Virus record (IMG/VR): IMGVR_UViG_3300017925_000001
Location: 1 to 64,000 of that record
Strand: one strand, 5' to 3'
DNA: 64,000 nucleotides
Origin: a virus
A program made the translations under genes and the position numbers. Positions within the stretch are counted from its first letter, which is position 1, and every line of letters starts with the position of its first letter. The notes beneath the pieces are model-generated. The model searched no databases. It saw only the letters and a program-made list of their open reading frames with translations, and was not told the origin of the DNA. Positions 17,794-26,852 of the stretch are shown piece after piece.

Positions 17794-17873
17794 ATCTCGA
17801 AGCTTAGCGGCTTCGGGCTAGCTCGGGAGGTGCCTCAATCACCTCCTTTGAGCGACCTATTGAGGAGGAAGAA
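17794..17873 (+). promoter_or_regulatory. SD-sequestering pseudoknot leader, copy B
   Basis: Hairpin 1 CTCGAAGC-TTAGCG-GCTTCGGG; stem GGAGGTG/CACCTCC; loop CCTCAAT pairs with ATTGAGG. Confidence 0.9.
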
Positions 17874-18575
17874 ATGTTTTATACATATCTGTGGTTACGA
17901 GAAGATGGTACCCCGTATTACGTTGGAAAAGGTTCTGGGCGTAGAGCATTTATAAACCATAGAAAACGTCGGGTGAGGATGCCCCTCGATAAAGAACGTA
18001 TTATCATTCAATATTTTGAGAATGAAACTGATGCCTTTGAAGCTGAGAAATTTCTTATATCATTTTTTGGAAGAGAAGATTTAGGTTTAGGATGTCTTCT
18101 TAATATGACAGACGGAGGAGATGGCCAATCTGGGTTGGTTCATAAAGAATCTTCCAAAGAAAAGATCAGACAGGCCCAAAAAGGTCAAAAGAGATCTGTA
18201 GAAAGAGTTAAAAAGACAGCAGACGCCTTGCGAGGAAGAAAAGGCAGGATGCTTTCCGAAGAAGAAAAGCAATACCTGTCTGATCTTTTTAAGGGTAAGC
18301 CTTGGTCTGAATCTAGAAGAAAAACTCAAGAAGAAAAACCTATCCGTATGGCTACTTGTCACCCCGATAGGAAGCACGCAGCTAACGGCCTGTGCAAAGA
18401 ATGCAACTACAGGGAATGGTCAATAAGAGTAGGCAGAAGACCTGGAACGGGAAAACTTAAAGGCTTTATTCCAACGTGTCACCCGGATAGGAAAGGACAT
18501 GCTAAAGGTTTATGCAAAGCCTGCTATGAAAGGGAAAGATTAGAAAAGAAAAGGAGAGCTCAGGATGCCCTATGA
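17874..18575 (+). CDS. Free-standing GIY-YIG homing endonuclease
   Basis: FYTYLWLREDGTPYYVGKG...R...E...LN.TDGG; NUMOD3-like repeat and two CHPDRK..GLC motifs. Confidence 0.9.
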   Translation: MFYTYLWLREDGTPYYVGKGSGRRAFINHRKRRVRMPLDKERIIIQYFENETDAFEAEKFLISFFGREDLGLGCLLNMTDGGDGQSGLVHKESSKEKIRQAQKGQKRSVERVKKTADALRGRKGRMLSEEEKQYLSDLFKGKPWSESRRKTQEEKPIRMATCHPDRKHAANGLCKECNYREWSIRVGRRPGTGKLKGFIPTCHPDRKGHAKGLCKACYERERLEKKRRAQDAL

Positions 18576-18999
18576 AGAAACATATGGCGCACGAATACGC
18601 CAGTTCATTCAAGAATTGTTTGGCAGTAGGCTTACGGCTCACTTAGAGGATGAAATCACCCGCCTTCGGAACGACCATGACAGAGCCCTGCAGGATCGTG
18701 ACACTCAAATTGCAGTGCTGAGGGAAGAGAAGCAGCTTCTGATGTCAAAGATCACGGCATATGAATTCGCAGTGCTCCCGAGAACGTCTAGGGCAGGTGC
18801 AGAGGTTATAGCGTATCAGAAACCTGCGCCCCCGAAGCCAAACTTCAGCTTCGCAGATCTCCCTCCTACAAAGAGCAAGTGGGAACAATTTCAGGAAAAT
18901 TATTACGCGGGAGAGGCCAAGGCCATAGAGGCTGAAAAAGCAGCCGCAGCTGCTGTTGCTGCACAGAAACAAGCTGAAGCCGCCGCAAAGGAGATTTAG
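18565..18999 (+). CDS. Hypothetical protein
   Basis: Start overlaps the endonuclease 3' end; coiled coil. Confidence 0.75.
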   Translation: MPYEETYGARIRQFIQELFGSRLTAHLEDEITRLRNDHDRALQDRDTQIAVLREEKQLLMSKITAYEFAVLPRTSRAGAEVIAYQKPAPPKPNFSFADLPPTKSKWEQFQENYYAGEAKAIEAEKAAAAAVAAQKQAEAAAKEI

Positions 19000-19233
19000 A
19001 TGGCAGAAAAAGAAGGGTGTTGTGGTGAACTGTGTGATCTGCATATGCATGTTGTTGAAGATGGGTATCACTTTTGTTGCATGTACGAATCTGAGGATAA
19101 CAATTCATTAGGTCGCAGAGCTGGGTGGGTTCCGCCTGCCCCATGTGAACGCAAAGAATACGTTGCAAAGACGAAAGCGGCAGCGATTAAGAAATTTGAA
19201 GAGATTTTGAACGAGAAGCATTGCAGTAAATAG
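19000..19233 (+). CDS. Cys-rich hypothetical protein
   Basis: SD AAGGAG; abuts the upstream stop. Confidence 0.7.
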   Translation: MAEKEGCCGELCDLHMHVVEDGYHFCCMYESEDNNSLGRRAGWVPPAPCERKEYVAKTKAAAIKKFEEILNEKHCSK

Positions 19234-19253
19234 CGGCTAAGGCCGAGGAGGAA

Positions 19254-19730
19254 ATGATGTTCCCTACAAAAGATGGAAAATCCTACGGTAGTCGCTTTGT
19301 GGCGAAACGTAAGGACGCTGAGCACGCGAAGATGGGCGCACCTGCAGCGGGTGCAGGAGAGAATTTGATGAAGAAAGCGTCCCCTGCTGCCCCTGCGGCT
19401 GGAGCACCTGCGGCTGGAGCACCTGCAGTTGGTGAACCTGCTGAGCAGAAGCCTGAAGGCATTGGCGCAGCACCGGAAGATCCAAAGCAGGTTGTCGCTG
19501 CGCATGGCAAAGCGACCACAGTTCACATTGCGCATGATCACAAGAACGGAAAGCATCATGTTGTCAGTACTCATGAGGATGGGACTGTGCATGAGTCTGA
19601 GCATCCTGATGCAAAAGCTGCTCACACTGCAGCAGCTGCCCTAGCCGGGTCTGGCGATCAGCCAATGGGTGAACCTGCGGCACCTGAGGCACCCGAAGCT
19701 GATGGTTTCAGCATGCCGAAGCTGGCATAA
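19254..19730 (+). CDS. His-rich hypothetical protein (paralog 1)
   Basis: HDHKNGKHHVVSTHEDGT motif. Confidence 0.8.
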   Translation: MMFPTKDGKSYGSRFVAKRKDAEHAKMGAPAAGAGENLMKKASPAAPAAGAPAAGAPAVGEPAEQKPEGIGAAPEDPKQVVAAHGKATTVHIAHDHKNGKHHVVSTHEDGTVHESEHPDAKAAHTAAAALAGSGDQPMGEPAAPEAPEADGFSMPKLA

Positions 19731-19742
19731 AGGAGATCAAAA

Positions 19743-20165
19743 ATGTATCAAAGTAAAACAGACCCATCCAGAAAGTTTGGCAGTGCATTTAGAGGTTCTC
19801 GCTTCGATGCGTACCACGCTGGTGAGCAGCCCGGTGGAAGCAATGAGAACGAAAAATCTGAACCACAAGAACGTGGCTCCAGTGATGCAGATGTAGCGAA
19901 GGCGAAGAGTCCTGCAACATCATTCCACTTTGTTCATGATCATGCTGGCAACAAGCATACCGTAACCTCTACGCATGAGGACGGTACTACAAATCAGACG
20001 GAGCATGGCAGTGCAAAGGAAGCATACGATTCCGCAGCGCAGTTGGCTTTGGAAGCGGGTGGGGAAGAGCAGGCTACTGATGTGAAGAAACGCACACATC
20101 CCGATCAGCAAGGCGCAGAGTCCGAAGAGCGTGGCTACGAGATGCCTGATCTGACCATGGCGTAG
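19743..20165 (+). CDS. His-rich hypothetical protein (paralog 2)
   Basis: HDHAGNKHTVTSTHEDGT motif. Confidence 0.8.
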   Translation: MYQSKTDPSRKFGSAFRGSRFDAYHAGEQPGGSNENEKSEPQERGSSDADVAKAKSPATSFHFVHDHAGNKHTVTSTHEDGTTNQTEHGSAKEAYDSAAQLALEAGGEEQATDVKKRTHPDQQGAESEERGYEMPDLTMA

Positions 20166-20174
20166 GAGAGAAGT

Positions 20175-20360
20175 ATGCCGTTCGTATCACAGAAACAAAG
20201 ACGCTGGGCTCATGCGAACCCAGAAGAGCTGGGTGGAGAAGCGGCTGTTTCGGAATGGGAGTCGCATACTCCCTCTGAGCTTCCGAAGTACAAGCACGGG
20301 ACAACCACTTCTCCCGAATTGAAAAAGCGTTTTACCTACGCTGCAAAAACCAAGAAATAA
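20175..20360 (+). CDS. Small phage protein (MPFxSxKQRRW family)
   Basis: SD AGGAG; common phage N-terminal motif. Confidence 0.75.
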   Translation: MPFVSQKQRRWAHANPEELGGEAAVSEWESHTPSELPKYKHGTTTSPELKKRFTYAAKTKK

Positions 20361-20368
20361 GGTGCAGT

Positions 20369-20473
20369 ATGTGGCCGTTGTGGATGCGAAAGTGTCCTCT
20401 ATGCGGACGTGTGTTGTACAAGAGTTCACTGTCTGAGACACTGAAGTGTGTCTGCGGGTGGCTTTGGAGTTGA
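20369..20473 (+). CDS. 34-aa Zn-ribbon peptide
   Basis: MWPLWMRKCPLCG...KCVCGWLWS; below the ORF-track cutoff. Confidence 0.45.
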   Translation: MWPLWMRKCPLCGRVLYKSSLSETLKCVCGWLWS

Positions 20474-20484
20474 CCATGATAGGT

Positions 20485-20613
20485 ATGGCACGAAGCAAGA
20501 AAAAGGAAGTCGAAACAGATTCTGGTGATGCCAAGAAGACCTTCAGAGAAGTACTTGGTCTTGGGGACGAAGATAAAATCAAGTCCGTGAAGTTGAAAGT
20601 GAAGATGAAGTAA
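20485..20613 (+). CDS. 42-aa basic peptide
   Basis: MARSKKKEVETDSG...KVKMK fills the gap before the portal gene. Confidence 0.5.
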   Translation: MARSKKKEVETDSGDAKKTFREVLGLGDEDKIKSVKLKVKMK

Positions 20614-20628
20614 TCTCAGAGGAGACAT

Positions 20629-23283
20629 ATGGCAGATCCAGGTCAAGATGTAAATACAATGACGACCAATGCGCCGTCTGCAGCACCCCTGCCATACGAG
20701 CAGCCTGAGAAGCCAGAGGACAGTCCATTAGGAGCTTACGCTCCTTTCGACTGGTCTTCAGAGCCTTTCGCAGATTTGAGCAATGATGCCAAAGGTGTTC
20801 TGATGCAACTGGACGTAATAGCCACCAAGACAGACGTGGCTGCGCGTAGGTTTGAAGTTGAGCAATGCTGGGAAGCACTGCACTTCGACCGTGGTTATCA
20901 GCACTTGCTTCGCGGGAGACAAGGTGGTTGGATACTTCCTGGTCAAGCCTCGGGGTTTGGTGCTACATCACAGCAAAACAACAACACGATTTACGACACG
21001 AACGTGTACGGGTCTAAAGGAGACATTATTGTTTCTGCCCTTGCGCGTGAGGTGCCGAAAGTGGAATTCTTCCCCGCTGATCCAGAGTACGGGCCGGATA
21101 ACACCGCAGCTGAAGAGGCTGAGCGATTCAAAGAGATCTGGTCACGCAATAACTGTCTGCACAAGCTGTTGACTGAAGTTGCCCGAGTGTTCTGGAATGA
21201 AGATCGTGTCTTATTGTGGACACGATATGAATTGAATGGCCAGCTGTATGGTTTCGATGAAGATCAAGAGACCGCGCCTGTCACCTCCGAGGATATTCTA
21301 AATCCTCCCGATGACACTCCCACAGGACAAGACGGTCTTGATGATGTTCTGGCCCAGGTAGAATCCCCTCTTGAAGAGCAGAGCGAAAATCCTGACGAAG
21401 ACCAACAGCTGACTATGCCCGCTGCCCCTATGAAGAGGGCGCGAGGCATGGAAGTCACTACCTATCACGGCAAGCTTGATCACAAGTGCCCTATCGCGGT
21501 CGATGAAGTGAAGGACATGCAGTTTGTCCAGCTCATGGAAGATCTCGACGTAGCCATTGTGAAGGCAAAGTTTCCGTGGATAGCGGACAAGATTAAACCG
21601 GGATCTGACGGCAATTCTGAAACTGAGTTGGACAGAATCGCTCGTGAAAATACTCGCCAAGCCGTACTCGGTGCGTATGTCACAGGTGATTCATTGCAGC
21701 GCCACACAGTTGTGAAACACACTTGGTTTCGTCCCTCTATGTTCATGGACGCGAGCGTCAATGACACAGTGCGCGCTGAACTCATGGAAGCTTTCCCAAA
21801 TGGATGCTTGCTTGTCAAAGCAGGCTCAAACTTCGCCTTTGCTCGTAATGAGAGCATGGACGATCATATCGCCATAGGGCATGCTCTTGGTGGTAAAGGT
21901 CAGAACCGTAGAGCGTTGGGAAGCTCATTGATTTCGATCCAGAAGCGTATCAATGATTGGGTTGATCTCCAAGACGATTTCTTCAAACGTACTGTACCTA
22001 AAAAGTGGATGAACAGCCAGGCTTTCGACATCGAAGCTCTAAAGACACAAACCAATGTGCCTGGAAGTACGGGAGCATTCCTGCCGCAACCCGGCCTCAC
22101 CACTGCAGATCAGTACATTATGGTTGAACCTACGCCGCAACCGCAAGCTTCACTCGCGGATTTCATCAAGTGGTTCCTCACAACCCTCTCAGAAGAGATC
22201 AGTGGCGCGTTACCATCTTTGTTTGGAGCGGCTACAGGAGAAAACACAGTCGGTAATGCGCAGATCCAGAGAGATCAAGCGCTGCAGCGCATCGGGTGTC
22301 CTTGGAATAACATCCAGCTCCTATTTGCGGAAGCTGCCCGACAAGCTGTGAAATGCGCAGGGGACTGCCGCGATGGTAAAGTTCTACGACAATCTTTCAA
22401 AGACCTTGGTACTGTTACCGTCAACACAGGTTATTTGACAGGCAACGTACTGTGCTACCCAGAAAGCGACCCTTCGTTCCCAGAGAGTTCAGCTCAACGC
22501 GAAGCGAAGTTGAAGGAGTTGGTGGATGTCAGTGCCAATATCCCGCAACTTGCAGCGTGGTTGTTCGCCCCAGGAAACCTGACCACTCTACAGGCAGGTA
22601 TTCGTATGAAAGGTTTCAAAGTAGAAGGTGCGGACTCTATTAACAAGCAGAAATCGGAATTCGAACTTCTGCTGCGTTCAGGTCCCACGCAGAATCCAAA
22701 GTTGCTGAAGATCCAGAGCATCTTGGACGAAGCTGCTACCGATATGCAAGGGAAGCAGGCACAAGGTCTCCCGCCAGATCCGAAGGAACTTGCAGCAGTT
22801 GCGCAGATGCAGCAATTGCAAAAGCAATTGCCTCCTTTGGTAAGTACTATTCCTGTGGCGCAGGATGAAAGCGAAAATCACTCCATAGAAGCAGCTGCTT
22901 GCCTGATTTGGCTGAACGGTTCAGAAGGACAGAAATTCAAATATGGCAACCCGCAACAGCGCGCTGCGTACGCGAACGTCCACCTTCATTGGTCGGAGCA
23001 TTATGCTATGGCGAAGCAGATAGCTTTGGCTAATGCACCGCCTCAGAAACCACCAAGTGAAAGCCTCAGTGTAGATGTATCAAAAATGCCTCCAAATGTG
23101 GCGATTCAAGCACTTGGCAAGATGAATATCAAGGCTACTCCACAGGATTTTGCGCAACATGATGCTAATACTTTGGACATGGCCGTGAAGAAAAAAGTTA
23201 TACCCGACGCACTCAAAGGTGAGAAACCTCAACCTGTAGCATCTCCACAAGGTGAGGGTCAACCTCGTCAATTGCGTCGTTAG
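20629..23283 (+). CDS. Portal protein (P22-like, large)
   Basis: 884 aa between terminase and scaffold/capsid; Q/P-rich C-terminal tail. Confidence 0.8.
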   Translation: MADPGQDVNTMTTNAPSAAPLPYEQPEKPEDSPLGAYAPFDWSSEPFADLSNDAKGVLMQLDVIATKTDVAARRFEVEQCWEALHFDRGYQHLLRGRQGGWILPGQASGFGATSQQNNNTIYDTNVYGSKGDIIVSALAREVPKVEFFPADPEYGPDNTAAEEAERFKEIWSRNNCLHKLLTEVARVFWNEDRVLLWTRYELNGQLYGFDEDQETAPVTSEDILNPPDDTPTGQDGLDDVLAQVESPLEEQSENPDEDQQLTMPAAPMKRARGMEVTTYHGKLDHKCPIAVDEVKDMQFVQLMEDLDVAIVKAKFPWIADKIKPGSDGNSETELDRIARENTRQAVLGAYVTGDSLQRHTVVKHTWFRPSMFMDASVNDTVRAELMEAFPNGCLLVKAGSNFAFARNESMDDHIAIGHALGGKGQNRRALGSSLISIQKRINDWVDLQDDFFKRTVPKKWMNSQAFDIEALKTQTNVPGSTGAFLPQPGLTTADQYIMVEPTPQPQASLADFIKWFLTTLSEEISGALPSLFGAATGENTVGNAQIQRDQALQRIGCPWNNIQLLFAEAARQAVKCAGDCRDGKVLRQSFKDLGTVTVNTGYLTGNVLCYPESDPSFPESSAQREAKLKELVDVSANIPQLAAWLFAPGNLTTLQAGIRMKGFKVEGADSINKQKSEFELLLRSGPTQNPKLLKIQSILDEAATDMQGKQAQGLPPDPKELAAVAQMQQLQKQLPPLVSTIPVAQDESENHSIEAAACLIWLNGSEGQKFKYGNPQQRAAYANVHLHWSEHYAMAKQIALANAPPQKPPSESLSVDVSKMPPNVAIQALGKMNIKATPQDFAQHDANTLDMAVKKKVIPDALKGEKPQPVASPQGEGQPRQLRR

Positions 23284-23287
23284 AATT

Positions 23288-23365
23288 ATCTCAGGACTTA
23301 TAAACCTGAGCTAGAGTAGGGAGGTGCGCGAACATCTCCCTTCTCGCCTTTTCGCGGAGGAATCA
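23288..23365 (+). promoter_or_regulatory. SD-sequestering pseudoknot leader, copy C
   Basis: Hairpin 1 CTCAGG/CCTGAG; stem GGGAGGTG/CATCTCCC; loop CGCGAA pairs with TTCGCG. Confidence 0.9.
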
Positions 23366-23974
23366 ATGATTGTTTATTTGATAACAAACGAAGTGAATGG
23401 AAAACAGTATATAGGTCAGACCGTTCGCAGTTTGCAAGTACGTTGGAAAAAGCACTTGTCTGCTGTGGTTTTGGGCAGTGAGTATTATTTTCACAAAGCC
23501 ATAAGAAAATATGGTGAAGAAAACTTTTCTTTGTTAGTACTCCACATTTGTGAAACCAAAGAAGAGATGGACTTTACCGAAGTGTTCTACATTTCTTTGT
23601 TGGGCACAAAAGCTCCTAAAGGATACAACTCTACCGAGGGTGGAGAAGGAACTGTAGGGCATAAACATACTGAAGAGTCCATTCAGAAAATGAGAAGTTC
23701 TCATAGTGGTCATAGAACCACTGAAGAACACAAAGAAAAGTTACGAAAAGCTTCCGAAGGAGTTCCGAAGTCAAAGGAGCATTGTCGCAGCATTTCTGAA
23801 GGAAGAAAAGGTATAAAATTTTCTTCTGAGCACCGAAAGAATATAAGTTTAGGACACATCAGAAATATTTGCCATCGTGGTCACAGTAGGATTCCTGCTA
23901 ATCTCAACAGAGATGGATCATGTAAACAATGCAAAAGGATTACAGAGCTTAAGAGATTGGGGAGGAGCCTTTGA
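23366..23974 (+). CDS. Free-standing GIY-YIG homing endonuclease (Seg/I-TevI-like, NUMOD3)
   Basis: IVYLITNEVNGKQYIGQT...R...GYNSTEGG; HTEE repeats; start set to the ATG after GGAGG. Confidence 0.92.
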   Translation: MIVYLITNEVNGKQYIGQTVRSLQVRWKKHLSAVVLGSEYYFHKAIRKYGEENFSLLVLHICETKEEMDFTEVFYISLLGTKAPKGYNSTEGGEGTVGHKHTEESIQKMRSSHSGHRTTEEHKEKLRKASEGVPKSKEHCRSISEGRKGIKFSSEHRKNISLGHIRNICHRGHSRIPANLNRDGSCKQCKRITELKRLGRSL

Positions 23975-24597
23975 TGGCAGACAAGAAGCTAATTGCTGTG
24001 ATACAAAGGCACGGAAGCACCACTCTCAATGAGGACAACTGCTTTCGTGGCAGAAGTGATCCACCTCTTGATGAAAAAGGTGTTGCCCAAGCTGAGGATA
24101 TGGCTGACAGTCTGAAGAACGAGGGCATCGAGATCAAACGTGTTGTTTCATCTCCCATGCTCAGGGCTTGTCAAACAGCAGACATTATCGCTGACCTTTT
24201 TGGTTTGAAAGTAGAACAAGATCGAGCAATAATCTCCTGGGATCTGGGATTTCTCAGTGGGAAAGACAAGGATGAATACGGTCCTGTGCTCGACCTTTTT
24301 GTGAACAATCCTAAACTGGCGATACCTGCCGGGGAATCTTTGGACTCCTTGGAGCAGCGCCTGTACGATTATTTCGAAAAGGAATTTCGGAAAGACAAGC
24401 TGACTTTGTACTGTACGCACAACAGCAACATCGTTACCCTGGAAACATTGATCGCGGGTGAAAAGGTTGGTAGACCAGAAGCTTCGGAGACATCAGTACA
24501 GCCCGGTGGCGCTCTGGGAATCTATGTAGACTCTGATGGTAAGTACAGCACAGAGGTCTTGTTTGGTAAGGAAAAGCAAGCAGATTTTGGAAGTTAG
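23971..24597 (+). CDS. Histidine phosphatase (phosphoglycerate mutase family)
   Basis: RHG motif, SSPMLRACQTA, GES, THN. Confidence 0.9.
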   Translation: MMADKKLIAVIQRHGSTTLNEDNCFRGRSDPPLDEKGVAQAEDMADSLKNEGIEIKRVVSSPMLRACQTADIIADLFGLKVEQDRAIISWDLGFLSGKDKDEYGPVLDLFVNNPKLAIPAGESLDSLEQRLYDYFEKEFRKDKLTLYCTHNSNIVTLETLIAGEKVGRPEASETSVQPGGALGIYVDSDGKYSTEVLFGKEKQADFGS

Positions 24598-24621
24598 ACT
24601 CAGGACTCAAGGAGACTCAAG

Positions 24622-26115
24622 ATGGCTGATTCAGTGTTGGATTACGCGAGCTTAGAAACAGTAGGCTCAGAAGCAGCGGCAGTTGAAACACCTGTTGCTG
24701 AAACTCCGGTTGTTGAAACCCCTGCTGGTGAAACGCCTGTAGTGGAGACACCGGCTGAAGGCGAAGTACCGAAAGGTGAAGTCGGTCCTGATGGTAAACC
24801 TGTTGCAAAGGTATCCACAGAAGCTGATGATGAAAAGGAATTTGGAGAGAAGACTCCGCAGGAAGTGCGCAAGGCTTTGAAAGCCTTCCGCGATGCGAAC
24901 GCAGGCAATGCTGGGATGACCAAGCAGCTCCATGGCGCTTACGAGCGCTGGGAAGCCGCTAAGACTATCTTCCCGGGTGGCGTCAATGAGATGAAGCAGA
25001 TCAAGGAATTTGCTGATCTCGTGGGTGGAGTTGAAGGCTACGAAAGGTTGACAGGCACAGTAGCTGCAGCTGAAGCATCGGATGCGAAGTTGTATGATCC
25101 GGCACAGAATGCGTCTCTCATTGAGGACGTGGTAGAGGATCTGAAGCAGCAAGGAAAGCTTGGCAATCTCAAGACTCTCTCCGCAGCGATTCTTGACGCC
25201 ACGAAGACTAATGCCGAGGCCGATTACAAAGCTCTCATCGAGCCCCATACGTTGGCAACCTTGGAAGCTGCAAATATGCCGGGAGTACTTGCGGCATTCT
25301 CCAGAATATTCACTGATCCGAATCTGAATTCGGCTGATGCTGCAGTGAAAGCGACTGCCGTGGAAAAAGCCCTGAAAATCGCCAAGGACATTTCTGACGA
25401 TATGGGTGGATGGTACAAGCAGTTGACCGAGAAGAATAAAGCAGCCAAGACAGCTGAAGTTTCTCCTGAGCGTCAGAAGCTTGAAGCCGACCGCAAGGCA
25501 TTCCTGAAGCAGCAAGAAGACTTCAAGACGAATCAGAGCACCGAGTTCAAGAATGGCGTGGCCAAGGTTTGCGAATCCCACAATAACAAGTTGCTGGGCG
25601 CAGAGTTGGGACCGTTCTTGAAGATGGCCTTCTTCAAAGGTTATGGCAAAGAGAATCTGATGCCCCTCGGCAATACTCTGAAATCGAATTTGTACGCAGC
25701 TTTGAAGGCTGATAATGCGTATCAGATTCAGATGAAAGCTATGTGGGGAGCAAAAACCCCGGATCGCGCCAAGATCGAAGAGTACCATCAGGCGCGTGTG
25801 GCTTCCATCGCTAAACAGATCGTACAAGACACGGTGCAGAAGATGTACCCGGGCTATGCCAAGGGTGGCGCTGCAGCGGGTCGTGTGGCGGCTGCTACGG
25901 ATAAGAAAGCAGCGGCTGCGAAGATTGAAACCAAATCGGCAGCTACAGGACAGCCGATCTTTGTGTCACAGAAGCCGGGACGCGATTCTATTGATTGGGA
26001 TCACGTTGATGCAAAAGGCCGCGCTGATGCCGAGATGTTGATGATCTTGGGCAGAGCATACCTGAAGCCGACCGTCAAAGGTCAACCTGGGAAGTTCGTT
26101 ACGTGGCGCAAGTAG
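24622..26115 (+). CDS. Probable capsid scaffolding protein
   Basis: Acidic ETP-repeat N-terminus, helical, upstream of the capsid gene. Confidence 0.6.
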   Translation: MADSVLDYASLETVGSEAAAVETPVAETPVVETPAGETPVVETPAEGEVPKGEVGPDGKPVAKVSTEADDEKEFGEKTPQEVRKALKAFRDANAGNAGMTKQLHGAYERWEAAKTIFPGGVNEMKQIKEFADLVGGVEGYERLTGTVAAAEASDAKLYDPAQNASLIEDVVEDLKQQGKLGNLKTLSAAILDATKTNAEADYKALIEPHTLATLEAANMPGVLAAFSRIFTDPNLNSADAAVKATAVEKALKIAKDISDDMGGWYKQLTEKNKAAKTAEVSPERQKLEADRKAFLKQQEDFKTNQSTEFKNGVAKVCESHNNKLLGAELGPFLKMAFFKGYGKENLMPLGNTLKSNLYAALKADNAYQIQMKAMWGAKTPDRAKIEEYHQARVASIAKQIVQDTVQKMYPGYAKGGAAAGRVAAATDKKAAAAKIETKSAATGQPIFVSQKPGRDSIDWDHVDAKGRADAEMLMILGRAYLKPTVKGQPGKFVTWRK

Positions 26116-26216
26116 ATTTAAAGTCTTAACCCAGACCCATAAACCGTCTGGAAAGGGGTCTGTAGCTGCCTGGGAGAAATTCCGAAAGCTACAAGAATTA
26201 TCCTAGGAGAAATAAC

Positions 26217-26486
26217 ATGGCACAAGGCGTTACGAGGACGGGAAAGCCCGTTCAGGTTGGCGACACTGTTAGCATTACTGGTGTTGTCACGGCGGTTACA
26301 GGTAGTGGGGGCGCAGCTAATCTCACAGTGCTTTGCCAAGGTGCGCTGGATGGCCCTTTCAATGAAACCACCACTGTGCAGGGTGGCGCGTATTCGTACA
26401 GCATTGGGGTTCCCCTTGCTGGTGGGACGAACGCACCGGCTACTGGTGTTTATGCAGCCGATGTGACTGCATCTCAATCGCTGTAA
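26217..26486 (+). CDS. Small beta-rich virion protein (possible decoration)
   Basis: SD AGGAG; resembles 47127..47363. Confidence 0.7.
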   Translation: MAQGVTRTGKPVQVGDTVSITGVVTAVTGSGGAANLTVLCQGALDGPFNETTTVQGGAYSYSIGVPLAGGTNAPATGVYAADVTASQSL

Positions 26487-26501
26487 TTTAAGGAGAAAAC
26501 A

Positions 26502-26621
26502 ATGCATCTTTTTCTGTATGCAGGGTTAGGTTGGCTGGTGGGTTGTTTTACCCCGGCTGTTGGCCGAAAAGTTAAGAGCTGGTTTAGCTCTGAAGCGAAG
26601 ACGGCAGTTACCAAATTGTAA
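26502..26621 (+). CDS. 39-aa membrane peptide
   Basis: SD AAGGAG; MHLFLYAGLGWLVGCFTPAVGRKVKSWF... Confidence 0.6.
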   Translation: MHLFLYAGLGWLVGCFTPAVGRKVKSWFSSEAKTAVTKL

Positions 26622-26852
26622 AAATCAAGGAGCCCATGTGGCTCCGTAATACTCTATGGTGGTTTGAGAAACTACGGGACATTACGGAGCTACATTTTAG
26701 TCTCACACTACCAACCCTAGAAAACTCCGCGAACGAGTTATAAACTAGAGACAGGGGCGGCGTGGAAATAAACAGTAAGAACTCAGGCCCGCAATGCGTG
26801 GGCTACGTCTACTCAGGGCGTAACGCGTAATTCAATTAAGGAAGTAATAGCA

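Noticed and set aside
17794-17873. Leader as an intrinsic terminator, a metabolite riboswitch or an IS200/IS605 end
   Set aside because: There is no long U-tract, the loop sequence varies freely rather than conserving a ligand pocket, and no TnpA/TnpB/IscB gene is in the window. It is not fully excluded without an Rfam search.
24667-25827. Long antisense ORFs (also 12160..12894, 51843..52667, 11323..11862, 5208..5819)
   Set aside because: These are shadows of well-supported genes on the opposite strand, with no SD or motifs.
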